Assembly: GCA_043228905.1 (NCBI GenBank)
Contig: JBHGNT010000015.1
Coordinates: 13,640,001 to 13,704,000, forward strand
Length of the DNA stretch: 64,000 nucleotides
Source: Azolla caroliniana
Lineage: Eukaryota > Plantae > Polypodiophyta
Direction: 5' to 3'
Both the position numbers and the translations under genes were made by a program. The notes under the pieces are model-generated. The model was given only the letters and a program-made list of their open reading frames with translations. It had not been told where the DNA came from and made no database searches. Position 1 is the first letter of the stretch; each line of letters begins with the position of its first letter. This document shows, one piece after another, positions 48,856-62,800 of this stretch.

Positions 48856-51800
48856 TAAATTTCTGAAATGGTTCTAATGGTAGCACGGGCTGGTGAGGCA
48901 TTCTGGCTTGTTCGGTTAGTTGGCCCATTTGCTGACATACGCATTCTTTAGCGTACCGGACTGCATTCCTTCAATATTGTTGGCCACCATAGTCCACTCT
49001 GCCATATTTTCCTTGCCGTAGTGTCTCCGACATAATGTCCTCCAACCACTCCGCAATGTGCTTCGCGCAATATTATTCCCTTTTCATCGTTGCGCACTGC
49101 ACACCGCCATATGCCATCTGCGCCTTTGTGGTACAGTGTGTCCTATAATAGACATAAGTGCCGGCTTTGAACCGCTAAGTGTTTCCTTTCGTCTCTATTC
49201 ATCTCCTCCAGAGGTAAGCCGGTGCTCAGAAATTGGTGCATGTTGGTGAGCGACTTGTCTTCCTCTGGGACCGTACCATCCGTTGCCATTTCTGCTGTGA
49301 CTCTAAACAGCTTTGCATCCGGAGAGTCTTCTGGGACGCCGTCACCGGTTTCGCTGGAATCTAACCGGCTCAAATAGTCTGCTACCGCATGTTGTATGCC
49401 GGGTCGGTGGAATATCTTGAACTCAAATTCTTGTAATAATAACGTCCACCGGGCTAGCTTACCGGTGAGTGATGCTTTGGACACCAAGTAGAGGAGCGCC
49501 GAATGATCTACGTGAAAGGAAAATTTCCTTCCCAACAGATAGTGTCTAAACTTGGTGACATTGTAGATCATACCCAAGGCCTCCCTTTCCGTTGTGGAAT
49601 AATTACGTTCTGCTTGGGACAACTTCCGGCTGGCATAATACACTGGCCGGTACCATTTCGGTTCTATAAGTTGCATAAGCGCGCTCCCGATTGCGATGTC
49701 GGACGCGTCAACAAACATATGGAACTCTTTAGACCAATCCAATGATTGCACCACCGACGCTTCTCACAATAGTACTTTTAGTGCCCAGTAAGCCTGGTCT
49801 TCTGTGTTCGTCCATCGGAACGGTGTCCGATGTACCGCGGTATGCAATGGTGTAGCCAGGTCTGCCAAATACCGGAGCATTTGGCTATGCCACCGAATTT
49901 GTCCTAAGAACCGGCTTAGTGCCTTTGCCGTGGTTGGTGCCGGTGCCTCCAGGATTGCTTTTACTTTGTTCGGATCCACTGCGATGTTGTCCTTGCTCAC
50001 TATGTGGCCCAGTAACGCTCCACTAGTTACTTCGAACACGCATTTTGTTGGGTTAAGGCTTAGCCGGTAAACCCTACATTTCTCCAAACATAGTCGGAGG
50101 TGTTGAAGGTGATCCCCCTTCACGGCTATAAACAGCGAAGTCGTCCAAGAACACCTGCATGAATGCCGGAATGAATTCTCCGAAAATCTCCATGATGATC
50201 CGCTGGAAGGTTGTCGGCGCCGTTTTCAGTCCGAACATCATCACTACGGCAACAAAGACTCCCCATTCGGTGACAAAAACGGTTGTCTCCTAGTCGGCGG
50301 GGTGCATCCGGATCTGATTATAGCCCCTGAAACCGACAAGAAAACTATACACCTCATGACCGGCGACCGCATCCAGGACTCCATCCGTGAATGGAAGTGG
50401 GAAGGTGTCCGTTACCGTAGCCACATTCAATTTCCAGTAGTCAACATACACTCTTATCTTACCGTTCTTTTTGGGTACTACGACTATCGGACTGAGCCAT
50501 GTGGCTTTCTTTACCGGTCAGATGAAGCCCACTCTTAGCAACTTGTCGATTTCTTCTTTGACTTTTGCTGCGTAATTCGGGTTCATCCGGTAACGCCGTT
50601 GCGCTACCGGTTTGGCATCTTTACTCAGATGTATCTGGTGTTGATACAACTGAGGATCGAATCCCCGCATGTCTCATAAGACCATGCGAACACATCGCGA
50701 AATTCTTTTAGCAGTGTGATCATTGTCGTTTTGTTCTCCAGGGTCATTTCCTTGGCGATGTGCACCGGTCTTGTGTCCTCTGTGGTACCTAGGTTTACCT
50801 CTTCTAGTTGGGATGCTTTCACGCGCTGCGACACTGCCATTTCTCTTTCCAGTGCCTCCTGTGCTTGCCGTAATTCCCACATTGCTTCTTTATCTGGTTT
50901 CTCGTCGGTTCCATCCGGTTGCAACATGTACAGTGATACTGCTTCAACTACATCAATCTCGAACAAAGGTACGATCTTCGGATTTTCCTGTAAGTATTGA
51001 TCAACCTCTTCGTCTGCCAATCCTTCCAGCATGTTGACACATTCCGCATATAGCGACGTCAATTCCTTGCCGGTATCGGACCATGGTTGAGTCGGTACTC
51101 GTACTTTTGCTTTTCCACGCTGGAATGTAATTATATTCTTCCTCCAGTTTTGCTTGATGTGTGTTGTTTTTAACCAAGGGCATACCAACAATAGTGGGTA
51201 AGCTCCCTGAGCTTGTAGCTGGAGAATTACTGTGGAAATGCGAAATGTGTGACCCCCGATGGTCACTTCTAGATTTCGTATTAATCCGGTTAGCTGTACT
51301 GAGCTTGTGTCCGCCATCCGAAGCCAAAACGGGCATGGTTCCTAGTCATGGATTCCTAGAGTGTTACACGTTCAGAGGTTGATCATGTTCACGTCGGATC
51401 CTCCATCGATAATCGTATCGGGTAGCTCTTTTCCTTTCACAATGGCTGTGATTGCCGGACTGCTCGTGTCGACCACTACCGGTCCTTCCTCCGGATTTGA
51501 AAAGAATGCAGGAGCCGGTGGCGTGTCGGTTGTCTTCATTCTTGTCTTTAGTTTTTCTGTGAAGCGTGGTACTAGTTGCAATAGCCGGCCTAATGGCAAC
51601 GTTATTTGGCATTCTTGCAACGCCTACTATGTTGGGTTTTCGGCTTGCCCCGGGCTGGTGAGCTCTTCGGCATTCTCCTTTTGTTGTTTGAACTCTACCG
51701 CATTCTGCTCGTTTGCCTTCATCACCCATTTGGTTGCCTGCCTCCGGATGGCTTCTTGAGTTTCGCACTCCGTGGCTTTGCCCTTTGATCTTGTAGTGAC

Positions 51801-53011
51801 TTGTTGTATGTCCGCGACTTCCACGTCTACCATGTTCACCGATGGTCGCTTGTCGTAGCTCTTCGCCAGACATTGATTACTATAGTGGCCTTCTTGCCGG
51901 CAATAATAGCAGTACGGCTTCCGGGTGTTGCTGGATTCGGCGTGTGTGCTTGGTGGAGGTCCTGTGGTAAGTGCTTGGTTTTGGTCCGGTTGGTTGCTTG
52001 GAGCGCCATTTTTCGGTTCCCGTGGATGACCCCCCTTTTTGTTGAAATGACGTTTCTTATTGAAATTCTTTTTGTTGCGGTAACCTTGTCGGGGATGGTC
52101 TTCATACTTGCCATAGTCGTCCCGTCGTTGGTTGTAACCAGGGGAGTGATCCCGGTTGTATCTCTCATACCGTCCATTATAGTCCCGGTATCTATCCTAT
52201 CTGTCATACCAGTCATAAGCGTCTCTTCAATCGCTATACCGGACATCTTGTGTCGGCCGGTAGCGCTCCTCTCCCCGCCAGCGATCTTCTTCTTCATCCT
52301 AGTTGCTTCGTGGTTCAATTTTCCGAACTGGTGGTGCTTGCCGATTTAACAAGTTATACTCACACCGTTCCATTGTGTGGCTTCTGGAGTGGTAGAGCAA
52401 GCATTGGGAACGCATCGTGCATTCCAACGCTGAATGTATGGCATTCAAGCATTCTCGCTTTGCTTCCTCAGCCGTTCAGCAAGTCTCCTTGCTCGCTCCA
52501 TAACTGGGTCGTTCGTTGGTCGCGTCATCTATTCCCGTTGTTGTTCGCTGCGATTGTGCAGGAATTGTGGTCGCCAAAAACTGTGTTATTCCTTAGGGCC
52601 GGACAATGGCCTAACACAGGGTATCTACGGAAGACACTTCACCAAAGGGTGTTACGGCGAGAAAACTTAAGACAACGATTAAGCAGACTTAATTGATTCC
52701 TTAAACAATACGGCATTACTTAATACACACATACGATATAACAATTAATACAGAATGGTAATCAATACGTGAAGATAAAACAAGAAGCTTATATTAATTC
52801 TCCGTTAAAATTTTACATTGTAACCGGGCCTTTATATAGGTCACCGGTGCTGCGTACAAAAGGGTGCCAACCGGCACCTGCTTGGAACCGGTCTGGATCC
52901 GGATCGGCATACCGATTCCGGTCCGTCCGTTCACTACTTCATTATAATCTATTCCGAATAACCATTCCCTTTCACATTCTAGTCTTTTACTCTTTTGTCG
53001 GCCGGGTAACA
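48856..53011 (-). mobile_element. Gypsy E, 5' LTR 52650-53011 plus gag-PR-RT-RH-INT start, 3'-truncated
   Basis: LTR TGTTAC...GTAACA; knuckle CYYCRQEGHYSNQC; PR IIDGGSDVN; RT QVFLDDF (~50140-50160); RH VDASDIAIG...NYSTTERE. Confidence 0.88.
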
Positions 53012-56000
53012 ACTGTCCTCATTTCACGACCAACGCAAAGGTCTCATCGTAATTGATGCCATGTTTCCGTGCTTCGCCCTTTGCCACTTAGCGGGCCTTA
53101 TATCGGTTTACCAAGCCATTGGCGGTGTACTTGACCTTGTACACCCACCTGCATCCAATCGGCTTTACACCCTTGGGGGCATCAACCAGGTCCCACGTCT
53201 TGTTCTCCATTAGCGCGCACATCTCTTCCTCCATAGCGGCACGCCAATTTGCGTCCTTGGCCACTTCTACATAGCTCTGCAGCTCAAGCACATTTTCCAC
53301 CTTTACCATATATGCATAATGATGTGCCATATACTCATTGTACCCATACGGAATTACAGGATTCTTTTGGCGGGTGGATCGGCGTAGCTTCTGGTTCGCC
53401 GATTTCGTGGCCCTCTCGACCGACTTAGAAAGAGTCTTTGAAGGTCTCTCTTTGCTCCTGGCCCCATCAGATTCTCTTTGATCCGATGTTTCAGCCTCGG
53501 TACTGTACTCCGATGCCTTCATCTTTCCCTTCTCCTTGCGCATAAATCGTCTCCTTGATTTCTGGCGCGGGGACTTCACGGCCAAGTCTCCACTACTCAC
53601 CAGCTCTTCATCCAACTGGTTCGTTCAACTCAGTCGCCCATTCTGCCCACTTAGTCAAAATGAGATCATACACTCTTCTAGAGTTCCGATTTCCTCTTCA
53701 TCAGGAGACATCTCGGCCTCAATGGCCTCATCCTGAGAATTCGGAATGGAGTGGATGGGAGTTGGAGGTGAAAGCACGTACCACGAAGTCGACTCGTCGA
53801 AAATGACATCTCGGCTTACTCAGACTTCTTTCGTACGGGGGTTATAACACTTTGTTGGGAAACATGTCCCTCTGGATGGGAAGAGAAGGACCGTCTTGGT
53901 GAGTATCTCGGCCAAGGCCGAAACCGAAACCGAAATCAAAATCGTAATCGGAAACCGAAATCGTTTTGGAAGACTATAATTGTAAATAGTCTAAAATGCC
54001 CCTATGGTTTATACTCGTAAATAGCCAGAAAGTTGCTTTTGTTTATAAGAAACTAGGGCAAACTTTCATAAGCGAGGTAATTGATCATTATTGAAAAAGT
54101 GGGAACGAGTTAGTTGCCTCTGTAACAGTGAGCGTGAGAGAGTGAGAGTGTAACTTTGTAGTCGTTTGTCAGACGAAGCAGAATTCGAGGTCGTTGCCTC
54201 CGAGTTCTGTACTTGTACTTCCTCTCTACTATAGTGATTTGTTTTTATCGGGGTTTGTGGACCCCCATGGTTTTTCCCATTTTGGGTTTTCCACGTAAAA
54301 CATTGGTGTCTTTGTGTCTGCACGTTTTTTTTCTGTCTGTGTACTACTTCTTGATTTTTGCACGCGAACACGAATGTGTAATCGATTGTGGCTAGTCGAT
54401 TTCTAGCAAAGTGGTATCAAAGCAATGGAAGACTCGTTCGGCGGCATGTTTAAGATAACCAACTCCAACTACTCAGTGTGGAAGTCGATGATGAGAGACA
54501 TGCTCGTGTGCAAAGACCTCTGGCTGTTGGTGCAATTCGGAGATAAAAGACCAGACAAGATCGATGCAGCGACTTGGGAAGTGTTGCATTTGAAGGCGGC
54601 CGCATATATAAGGAATTTTATAGACATGACTCTGTACAACAACTTCGGCGAAGAAATAGAAGCAAACGTCCTATGGAAGAAGATCGGCGTCATGTTCGAA
54701 AACAAGAACGTCGTGAACCGAGTCTCAGTATTTCGAAAAATTGTGAGGCTTTGGTATCAAGATGGCTCCAGTATGGCAGAGCACATCAATGTCTTCCAAG
54801 GATTGATGAACAAAACCACCTCTCTAGAAGTACCTCTGGCCGACGAGCTATTAGCATTACTGTTGTTGGGATGCCTTCCAGACAGCTAGGAGACGCTCGT
54901 TGTCACGTTGGGCAACGCCGAACTGGAAGGGAAGCATCTATCCATAGAGTAGGTGAAGTCGAGCTTGCTGAATGAAGAAGCTCGCCAGAAGTACCGTGAG
55001 TCCAATACCGACCAAAAGGCCTCAGTCACGAAAGGTGACACGATTCGGGGAAAAGGCCAAAATCGAAGTCCCCAGAACCAAGATAAGTCGGGGACCAGGT
55101 CGAGGTCGAGGGGGAGACCCACGTGCTTCTATTGTGGGAAACCGGGGCACTTCCAAAAAAATTGCCGACACTTTCGAAAGGAGAAAATGGGAGCTAATGG
55201 TGTAAAGCCAAAGAAAATCCGGGACAGAAAGAACACCTCATCAATCGCTGCGAGTGAGGATGAGTGGTTGCTCATAAGTGAGCAAAACGAAGTGAATCTC
55301 GCCGGCAAATAATTGACATGGGTGGTCGATTCGGGTGCATCATTCCACCTAAACCCTGACCGAAAGTTATTCTCATCCTACGGAGCCGGAGATCTTGGAT
55401 CCGTAAAGATGGGAACTGAAGGAGCATGCCGAATCGTCGGCATTGGAGATATGTGTTTGGAAACCTCAACCGGGTGCAGACTTGTGTTGAGAGATGTACG
55501 ACACATTCCGGAGGTTCGGTTGAACCTAATATCAGCCGGTCTGTTAGATGATGAAGGCTACACAGGTAGCATCTGAAACGGTGTCATGAAGTTCTGTCGA
55601 GGAAGCCTGATCGTGGCCCGAGCCCGGAAAACCAAAACATTGTACATAATGAATGTTTGAATATGTCGAGGGGAAGCAAATGTGACAAGTGGCACACTCG
55701 GTGAACTGTGGCACAGGAGGTTGTGCCATATGAGCCAGAAGGGGATGCGAAAGCTTGCCAAGGACAACCTCGTTCCTGAGGTGAAGAACGTGCAACTTGA
55801 GAAATGCACGGATTTCTTGGTCGGTAAGTAGAACCGATTATCCTCGGAACGAGGGCCCTGATGAGGAAGAAAATGTCGTTGGAACTCTTGCATACGAACG
55901 TATGCTATGTGGACACGAAGTCGCATGGTGGTTCACAGTATTTCGTGACCTTCATTGATGACTATAGACGGAAGTTGTGGGCTTCCATGCTGAAGACAAA

Positions 56001-59000
56001 GGATCAAGTGTTATCCGTCTTCAAAGAGTTCCAGGTGAGGGCTGAGAGAGAAACCGGCCAAAAACTGAAGGCAGTCCGAGCGGATAATGGCGGAGAGTAT
56101 CGTGGAACGTTCGAGGAATACTACCGAAATGAAGGAATCCAGCTCGAATATACCGTGTTGAAGACTCTAGAGCTTAATGGGTTGGCCAAGCGAATGAACC
56201 GAACCATAATGGAAAGGGTCTGAAGTATGCTTGCACATGCTAAGTTACCGAAGACGTTTTGGGCTGAGGCGCTAATGACGGCAATGTATGTGATAAACCG
56301 ATCACCCTCAGTACCCTTGGATAGTGATATTCCACAAAGGGTGTGGAGTGGCAAAGACATATCGTACCAACATTTGAGGGTGTTCAATTGTCTTTCCTAT
56401 GTGCATGTGGCACAGGACCAGAGGGGGAAGTTGGACCCGAAATCTCGGCCATGCATATTTCTCAGCTACAACAATGATGAATTTGGCTATCGGCTATGAG
56501 ACTTAGCCGAGAAGAAAGTGATTAGGAACCACGACATTGTCTTCATGGTGGAAAAGGCAATAGTTGACTGGGAGATTGAGAATAAGTCTCCAACTTCTGA
56601 ATCAAACTGAGTCGACGCTCGGCCGAATCGAGTAGAAGCCAATTTGATCAAAATCAAATCCGAGCCAGTAGGCCGAGTTAATACTCAAAATCGAGAACTG
56701 ATCGAAGAACGAGGGGAATTGGTCAAACAAGGAACCGAATTCGACTTGGCCGAAGAAGTCAAAGAAGAACCGATAGTGCCGAACGGAGGTCGAAGATATC
56801 CCCTAAGAGAAAGGAGGGTCCCCCGAAGATTTTCAGATGAAGAGCGTGTACTGCTAACCGATGAGGGGGAGCCAGAATGCTTTGAAGAAGCTAAGGAAGA
56901 TACCCACAACCAAAAGTAGTTAACTGCCATGCAAGAGGAGATGGATTCCTTGCATGAGAACCACACATATGAACAGACCAAACTGTCGATAGGAAAGAAG
57001 GCACTTCGGAATAAATGGGCATACAAATTGAAACTAGGAGATGGCGGGAATCCACCCCGGTACAAAGCACGAATCGTCATGAAAGGTTTCCAACAGAAGA
57101 AGGGTGTCGATTTTGACGAAATATTTGCTCCGGTCATAAAGATGACATCAATCTGAACCGTGTTGAGCATCGCGGCCAACATGGATCTCGAAGTCAAGCA
57201 ATTGGATGTCAAGACCACATTTCTACACGGTGATCTCAAAGAGGAGATCTATATGCACCAACTGGAAGGATTTGTAGAGAAAGACAAAAAGAACCTGGTA
57301 TGCCGATTAAGGAAGAGCTTGTACGGGTTGAAGCAAGCACCTCGGCAATGGTACTGAAAATTCGAATCCTTCATGACTGACAACAGGTACCCCAAAATGC
57401 AGGCCGATCACTACGCATTTCTGAAGAAATTCGACGGAGGAGATTTCCTCATCCTTCTGTTGTACGTGGACGACATGTTGATTGTTAGACGGGACCATAC
57501 GAAGATCCGAGTGTTGAAAGAGGCTTTGAGCAAATCGTTCTCAATGAAGGATATGGGTTCGGCAAAGCAAATCCTGGGGATGCACATTGTTCGGGATCAA
57601 ACAAAGAAACTGTTGTAGCTGTCACAAGAAAAATACGTGACAAAGGTGCTCTAGAGATTCGGCATGGAAAGCGTGAAACTGGTTGGCTCAACACTGCCAA
57701 CGAATTGCAAGCTAAGCAAAGAACAATGTCCGAAATCAAAAACCGAGAAGGCGGAGATGTCAAAGGTTCCTTATGCCTTGGCAGTCGGAATCTTGATGTA
57801 CGCGATGGTATGTACAAGGCCGGACATAGGATACGCAGTCGGTGTGGTTAGCCGATACATGAGCAATCCTGGAAGAGAGCATTGGGTTGTCGTGAAGTGG
57901 ATACTTCGGTACCTAAAAGGCACCTCAAACGTGTGTCTAAGTTTCAATTCAGTTAACCCCACACTGGAAGGTTATACTGACTCGGACATGTTAGTTGATG
58001 TGGATACCAGCCAATCCATGTCTGGGTACGTAATGACTTATGCAAGGGAAGCCGTTTCGTGGCAGTCGAGGCTGTAGAAGGCCGTGGCGTTGTCAAACAC
58101 GAAAGCCGAATATATGGCCGCAGCGGAAGCCGGCAAGGAAATCATATGGATGAAGGAGTTTATCGGTGAGCTGGGAATTAGGCAAGGGGAATTCGAACTC
58201 CATTGCAATATCCAAAGTGTCATCCACCTTGCGAAAAATGTCGCCTGCCACTCGAGGACCAAACACATCCAAAGAAGATATCATTGGATATGATAGTGAG
58301 TAGAAGAAAAGGAGTTTTCTCTAGTGAAGATCCACACGGCCGAAAATGGATCGAATATGCTGACGAAAGTGATGTTAGCCGAAAAGCTAAACGTGTGCCG
58401 ACAGAGAGTTGATTTAATGGAGTACCCCATGCCAGAGTGAACGGGGAGTTTGTTGGGAAACATGTCCCTCCAAATGGGAACAGAAGGACTGTTCTGGTGA
58501 GTATCTTGGCTGAGGCCGAAACCAAAACCAAAATCAAAATCAAAATCAAAATCAGAAACCGAAATCGTTTTGGAAGACTATAATTGTAAATAGTCTAAAA
58601 CACCCTTGTGGGTTATACTTGTAAATAGCCAGAAAGTTTCTTTTGTTAATAAGCAACTAGGGCAAACTTTAGTAAGCGAGGTAGTTAATCATTATTGATA
58701 AAGTGAGAACGAGGTAGTTGCCTCTGTAACAATGAGCGTGAGAGAGTGAGAGTGTAACTCTATAGCCGTCTGTCAAACGAAGCAGAACTCGAGGTCATTG
58801 CCTCTGAGTTCCGTACTTGTACTTCCTCTCTACTATAGTGATTTGTTTTTCTTGGGGTTTGTGGACCCCCGTGGTTTTTCCCATTTTGGGTTTCCCACAT
58901 AAAATATTTGTGTCTCTGTGTTTGCACGTTGTTTTCTATCTGTGAACTACTTCTTGATTTCTGCACACGAACACGAACGTGTAATCAATTGTGGCCAATC

Positions 59001-59820
59001 TATTTCTAGCACTTATAACCCTTCTATTCATCCGAGTAGCTGATCAAGTTACATTTTTCGGCTTTCGCGCCCTGGCCGCTTCTTTGATCGTCAGATTCTT
59101 CCTCTCGGCCATGCCGTTCTAATGTGGTGTGTATCTCCAGGAGAATTCGCGTCGAATTCCTTCCTATTGCAAATAGCTAGAGAACTGGTCAAAAAAGTAC
59201 TCTTTCCCACCATTGATCCTTAGGCACTTGATTTTGGACCTATCTCCCTTTCGGCAAGGCTCTTCACCTTTAAGACGCATGAGAAGACTTCGCTTTTCTT
59301 CTCGATCAAGAACGTCCAAGTGTGCCGAGTGTAATCATCGATGAAGGTTACAAATTAACAACTTCCATCGATACTCACGTTCTGCATCGGTCCCCGTACA
59401 TCCGAATGGATCAAATCGAGGTTGTTTCAGCTCTAATTTCTTTCATTTGGGAACGAAAGTCGGTGATGCTTCCCTAACTGGCAAGTTTCGCAGACTTAGC
59501 CATTTCGACTACTGAATTCCAGCAAGCTAAAAACTATATTTTTCGTCTACATCTCACGAAGCCGCGGGAAGTTGATGTGGTCCAACCGCTTGTGCCACAA
59601 GTTGATGTCCGATTCAACTTTTTGCCCCTTGGCAAACATAGTGGTGCCTACATCATTCATTTCGAGGATTAACATCCTCCCTTCTCGATGCCCTTGCGCA
59701 ATAATCTTGCCTTCTTCTTCAATGAAGCATCCAAGATGAGTAAATCAAACTTGCATGCCATGGTCAACAATCTGTCTGACCGACACCAAGTTCTTGGTGA
59801 TTGTGTACACATGCAAGACA
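53012..59820 (-). mobile_element. Copia A-family copy A3, internal fragment (53012-53852 plus 59012-59820), host of F and flanked by E
   Basis: INT (IHSDVRGP, GMAER) at 59012-59820 joins across F (GYKCYNP) to the RT start (ENKTWDLV...YKAR). Confidence 0.85.
53853..59011 (+). mobile_element. Ty1/Copia F, full length, decayed (related to C and G)
   Basis: LTRs 53853-54408 and 58451-59011; PBS TGGTATCAAAGC at 54412; PPT at ~58440-58448; TSD CACTT (the right copy overlaps the terminal CA). gag-pol 54425-58440 has many stops. Confidence 0.95.
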
Positions 59821-62800
59821 TCTCCCCCTCCACTCCGGCATGGAATTTCTCATCAGCCCGATCCGCTTTCGGAACGCGTCCAGCTTGTTGGTCGTCAACG
59901 CCTTGGTCAGCATATCTTACCCGATCTCCTCTGTGTGGATCTTCGTCGGCACAAACTCTTGATCTTCTACTCTCTCCCGGATCTAGTGGTACCCCTATTG
60001 GATATGTTTCGTTCGGGAATGGTAGGCCAGGTTCTTTGCAAGTTGGATGGCACTTTGACTGTCACAGTAGAGCCAGTATTCCTCTTGTTGGATCCCTAGC
60101 TCTCCGAAGAAGTTCTTCATCCAGATTATCTCCTTGTTGGCTTCCACAACTGCCATGTACTCCACCTCCGTGGTTGACAATGCAACCATCTTCTGCAACC
60201 ACGACTGCCACAAAACAACTCCCCCTACATAAGTCATGACATATTCGGATGTAGACCGGCTGGTATCTGCATCAACCGACATATCTAAATCCGTGAATCC
60301 GTCAAGTTGGGATTACCGGAGTCGAACTAGAGGCACATACTTGAGGTGCCTTTCAGATACCAGAGTATCCACTTGACCGTGTTCCAGTGCTCTTTTCCGG
60401 GATTGCTCATGAACCAGCTCACCAGTCCGATCGCATATCTAATATCTGGCCGGGTACATACGATCGCGTACATCAAGCTTCCGACAGCAGAGGCATATGG
60501 TATCTTCATCATATCCATCTTCTCCTCCTTTGTCCTTGGGCTTTTTTTTCCGGATAGTTTGCAGTTTGCCGGAACTGTCGATCCGACCGGTTTAGCCTCT
60601 GACATGTTGAACTGTTGAAGCACCTTTGTCACATACTTCTCCTGTGCCAACCACAACAACTTCTTCGACTGGTCCCGGATGATGTGCATTCCCAATATCT
60701 GTCTTGCCGGACCCAAGTCTTTCATTGAGAAGGTCCAGTTCAGAGCCTTCTTCAGCATCCGAATCTTGCCTTGGTCTCGTCCGAAGATCAGCATATCATC
60801 CACATATAGGAAGAGTATCAGGAAGTCTTCTCCGTCAAATTTCTTCACAAACACGCAACGATCGGTCTACGTCTTGTGGTACCCATGGTCGGTCATGAAG
60901 GAGTCAAACTTCCAGTACCATTGTCGGGGAGCTTGCTTCAGTCCATATAAGCTCTTCTTCAGCCAGCACACCAGGTGCTCCTCCCCTTTCTTCTCAAATC
61001 CTTCCGGTTGATGCATGTAGATCTCCTCTTCAAGGTCACCATGGAGGAATGTTGTCTTGACTTCTAGTTGCTCTACCTCGAGATCCATGCTTGCTGCTAT
61101 GCCCAATACCATCCGGATGGATGTCATCTTCACTGTTGGGGCAAAAATCTCATTGAAGTCCATTCCTTTATTTTGTTGGAAGCCCTTCACCACGATTCAG
61201 GCCTTATACCTTGGTGGATTTCCGGCATCTCCAAGTTTCAGCTTGCTCCGGAGTGCTCTCTTCCCTAAACCCTAAATCCACTTGCTCCAGAGTGCTCTCT
61301 TCCCTTTCGGCAACTCTGTCAGTTCATACGTGTGGTTCTCATGAAGGGAATCCATCTCATCCTGCATGGCACTCAACCACTTGCGAATGTGGGTGTCTCT
61401 CTTTGCTTCTTCGAAGCTTTCCAGCTCCCCCTCATTGGTTAGGAACACATGCTCTGCATCTAGAAATCTCTAGGGGCCTCTTCTCTCTCGGAGAGGATAT
61501 CTCCGTCCTTGGTTTTTGACTACCAGTTCCTCCATTTGTTCCAAATCCAAATCCAATTCGGTATCTTGTCATGTTCCGGTGTCTCCTTCTTCTTCTTCTT
61601 CTTTGGTTGGTTCGGTTTCTTGTTCGTATCCGGCCGGTTCATCGAGTGTCATCCGGTTGCCGGCCAACATTTGGTTTTCAACCGGGTAGGTCCTTGTGTC
61701 CTCAAACCGGTTTTCATTGGATGATCCAGAGTTCAGCTTCTTCTTCTCTGACTCCCAGTCGGCAATGGTCCTGTCTTCCATGAAGACTTGTCCCGACTCC
61801 GAAATACCTTCTTGTCGACCAGATCCCACACCCAGGAATCAAACTCATCATCGCCGTATCCAAGGAATATGCATGGCCTGGACTTCGGATCAAGCTTTGC
61901 TCTCTTGTCCTTTGCAACATGCACATATGCGAGACACCCGAACACCTTCAGATGCCGAAATTCGAGCCAAATTCCCTTCGACCGGTAGTACTCCTCGAAC
62001 TGCCCCGGTATTCTCCTCCGTTGTCCACTCGAACTACCTTCAGCTTCTGGCCAATTTCTCTTTCCACTCTCGCGTGGAATTCCTTGAAGATGGATAGCAC
62101 CTGATCCTTCATCTTCAACAGTGAGACCCACAACTTCCGGTTATGGTCGTCTCTGAACGTCCTGAAGTACTGCGATCCGGCATGTGACTTCGTGTCCACT
62201 TGACACACATCGGTATGCACCAACTCCAGTGGTGCATTCCGTCTCATCGGTGGTCTTGACCGGAAGGAGGTTCGGTTTTGCTTGCCGGCTAGGCAATCGG
62301 TGCACTTCTCAAGTTGCATGTCCTTCACCGGAATGAGATTATCTTCGGCAAGTCTCTTCATCCCTTTTTGGCTCATATGACACAGTCTCTTGTGCCACAG
62401 CTCACCGGCTAGGCAATCGGTGCACTTCTCAAGTTGCACGTCCTTCACCGGAATGAGATTATCTTCGGCAAGTCTCTTCATCCCCTTCTGGCTCATATGA
62501 CACAGTCTCTTGTGCCACAGCTCACTGGCAATGTTGGATGCTACGTTCACTTCTTCTTGGTGTATCCGGGCATTCATCAAGTACAATGTGTTGACCGTCC
62601 AGGCTCGAGACACTATTAGGCTTCATTTGCTGAACTTCATGACTCTGTTCCGGATGCTACTCGTGTAGCCTTCATCATCTAGTCGACCGGCTGATATCAT
62701 GTAGTCGAACCTCCGAAACGTGTCCGACATCCTTCAATAGTAACTTGCATCCAGATGATGTCGTCAATAACATGTCTCCTATGCCGCCGACAATTCGGCA

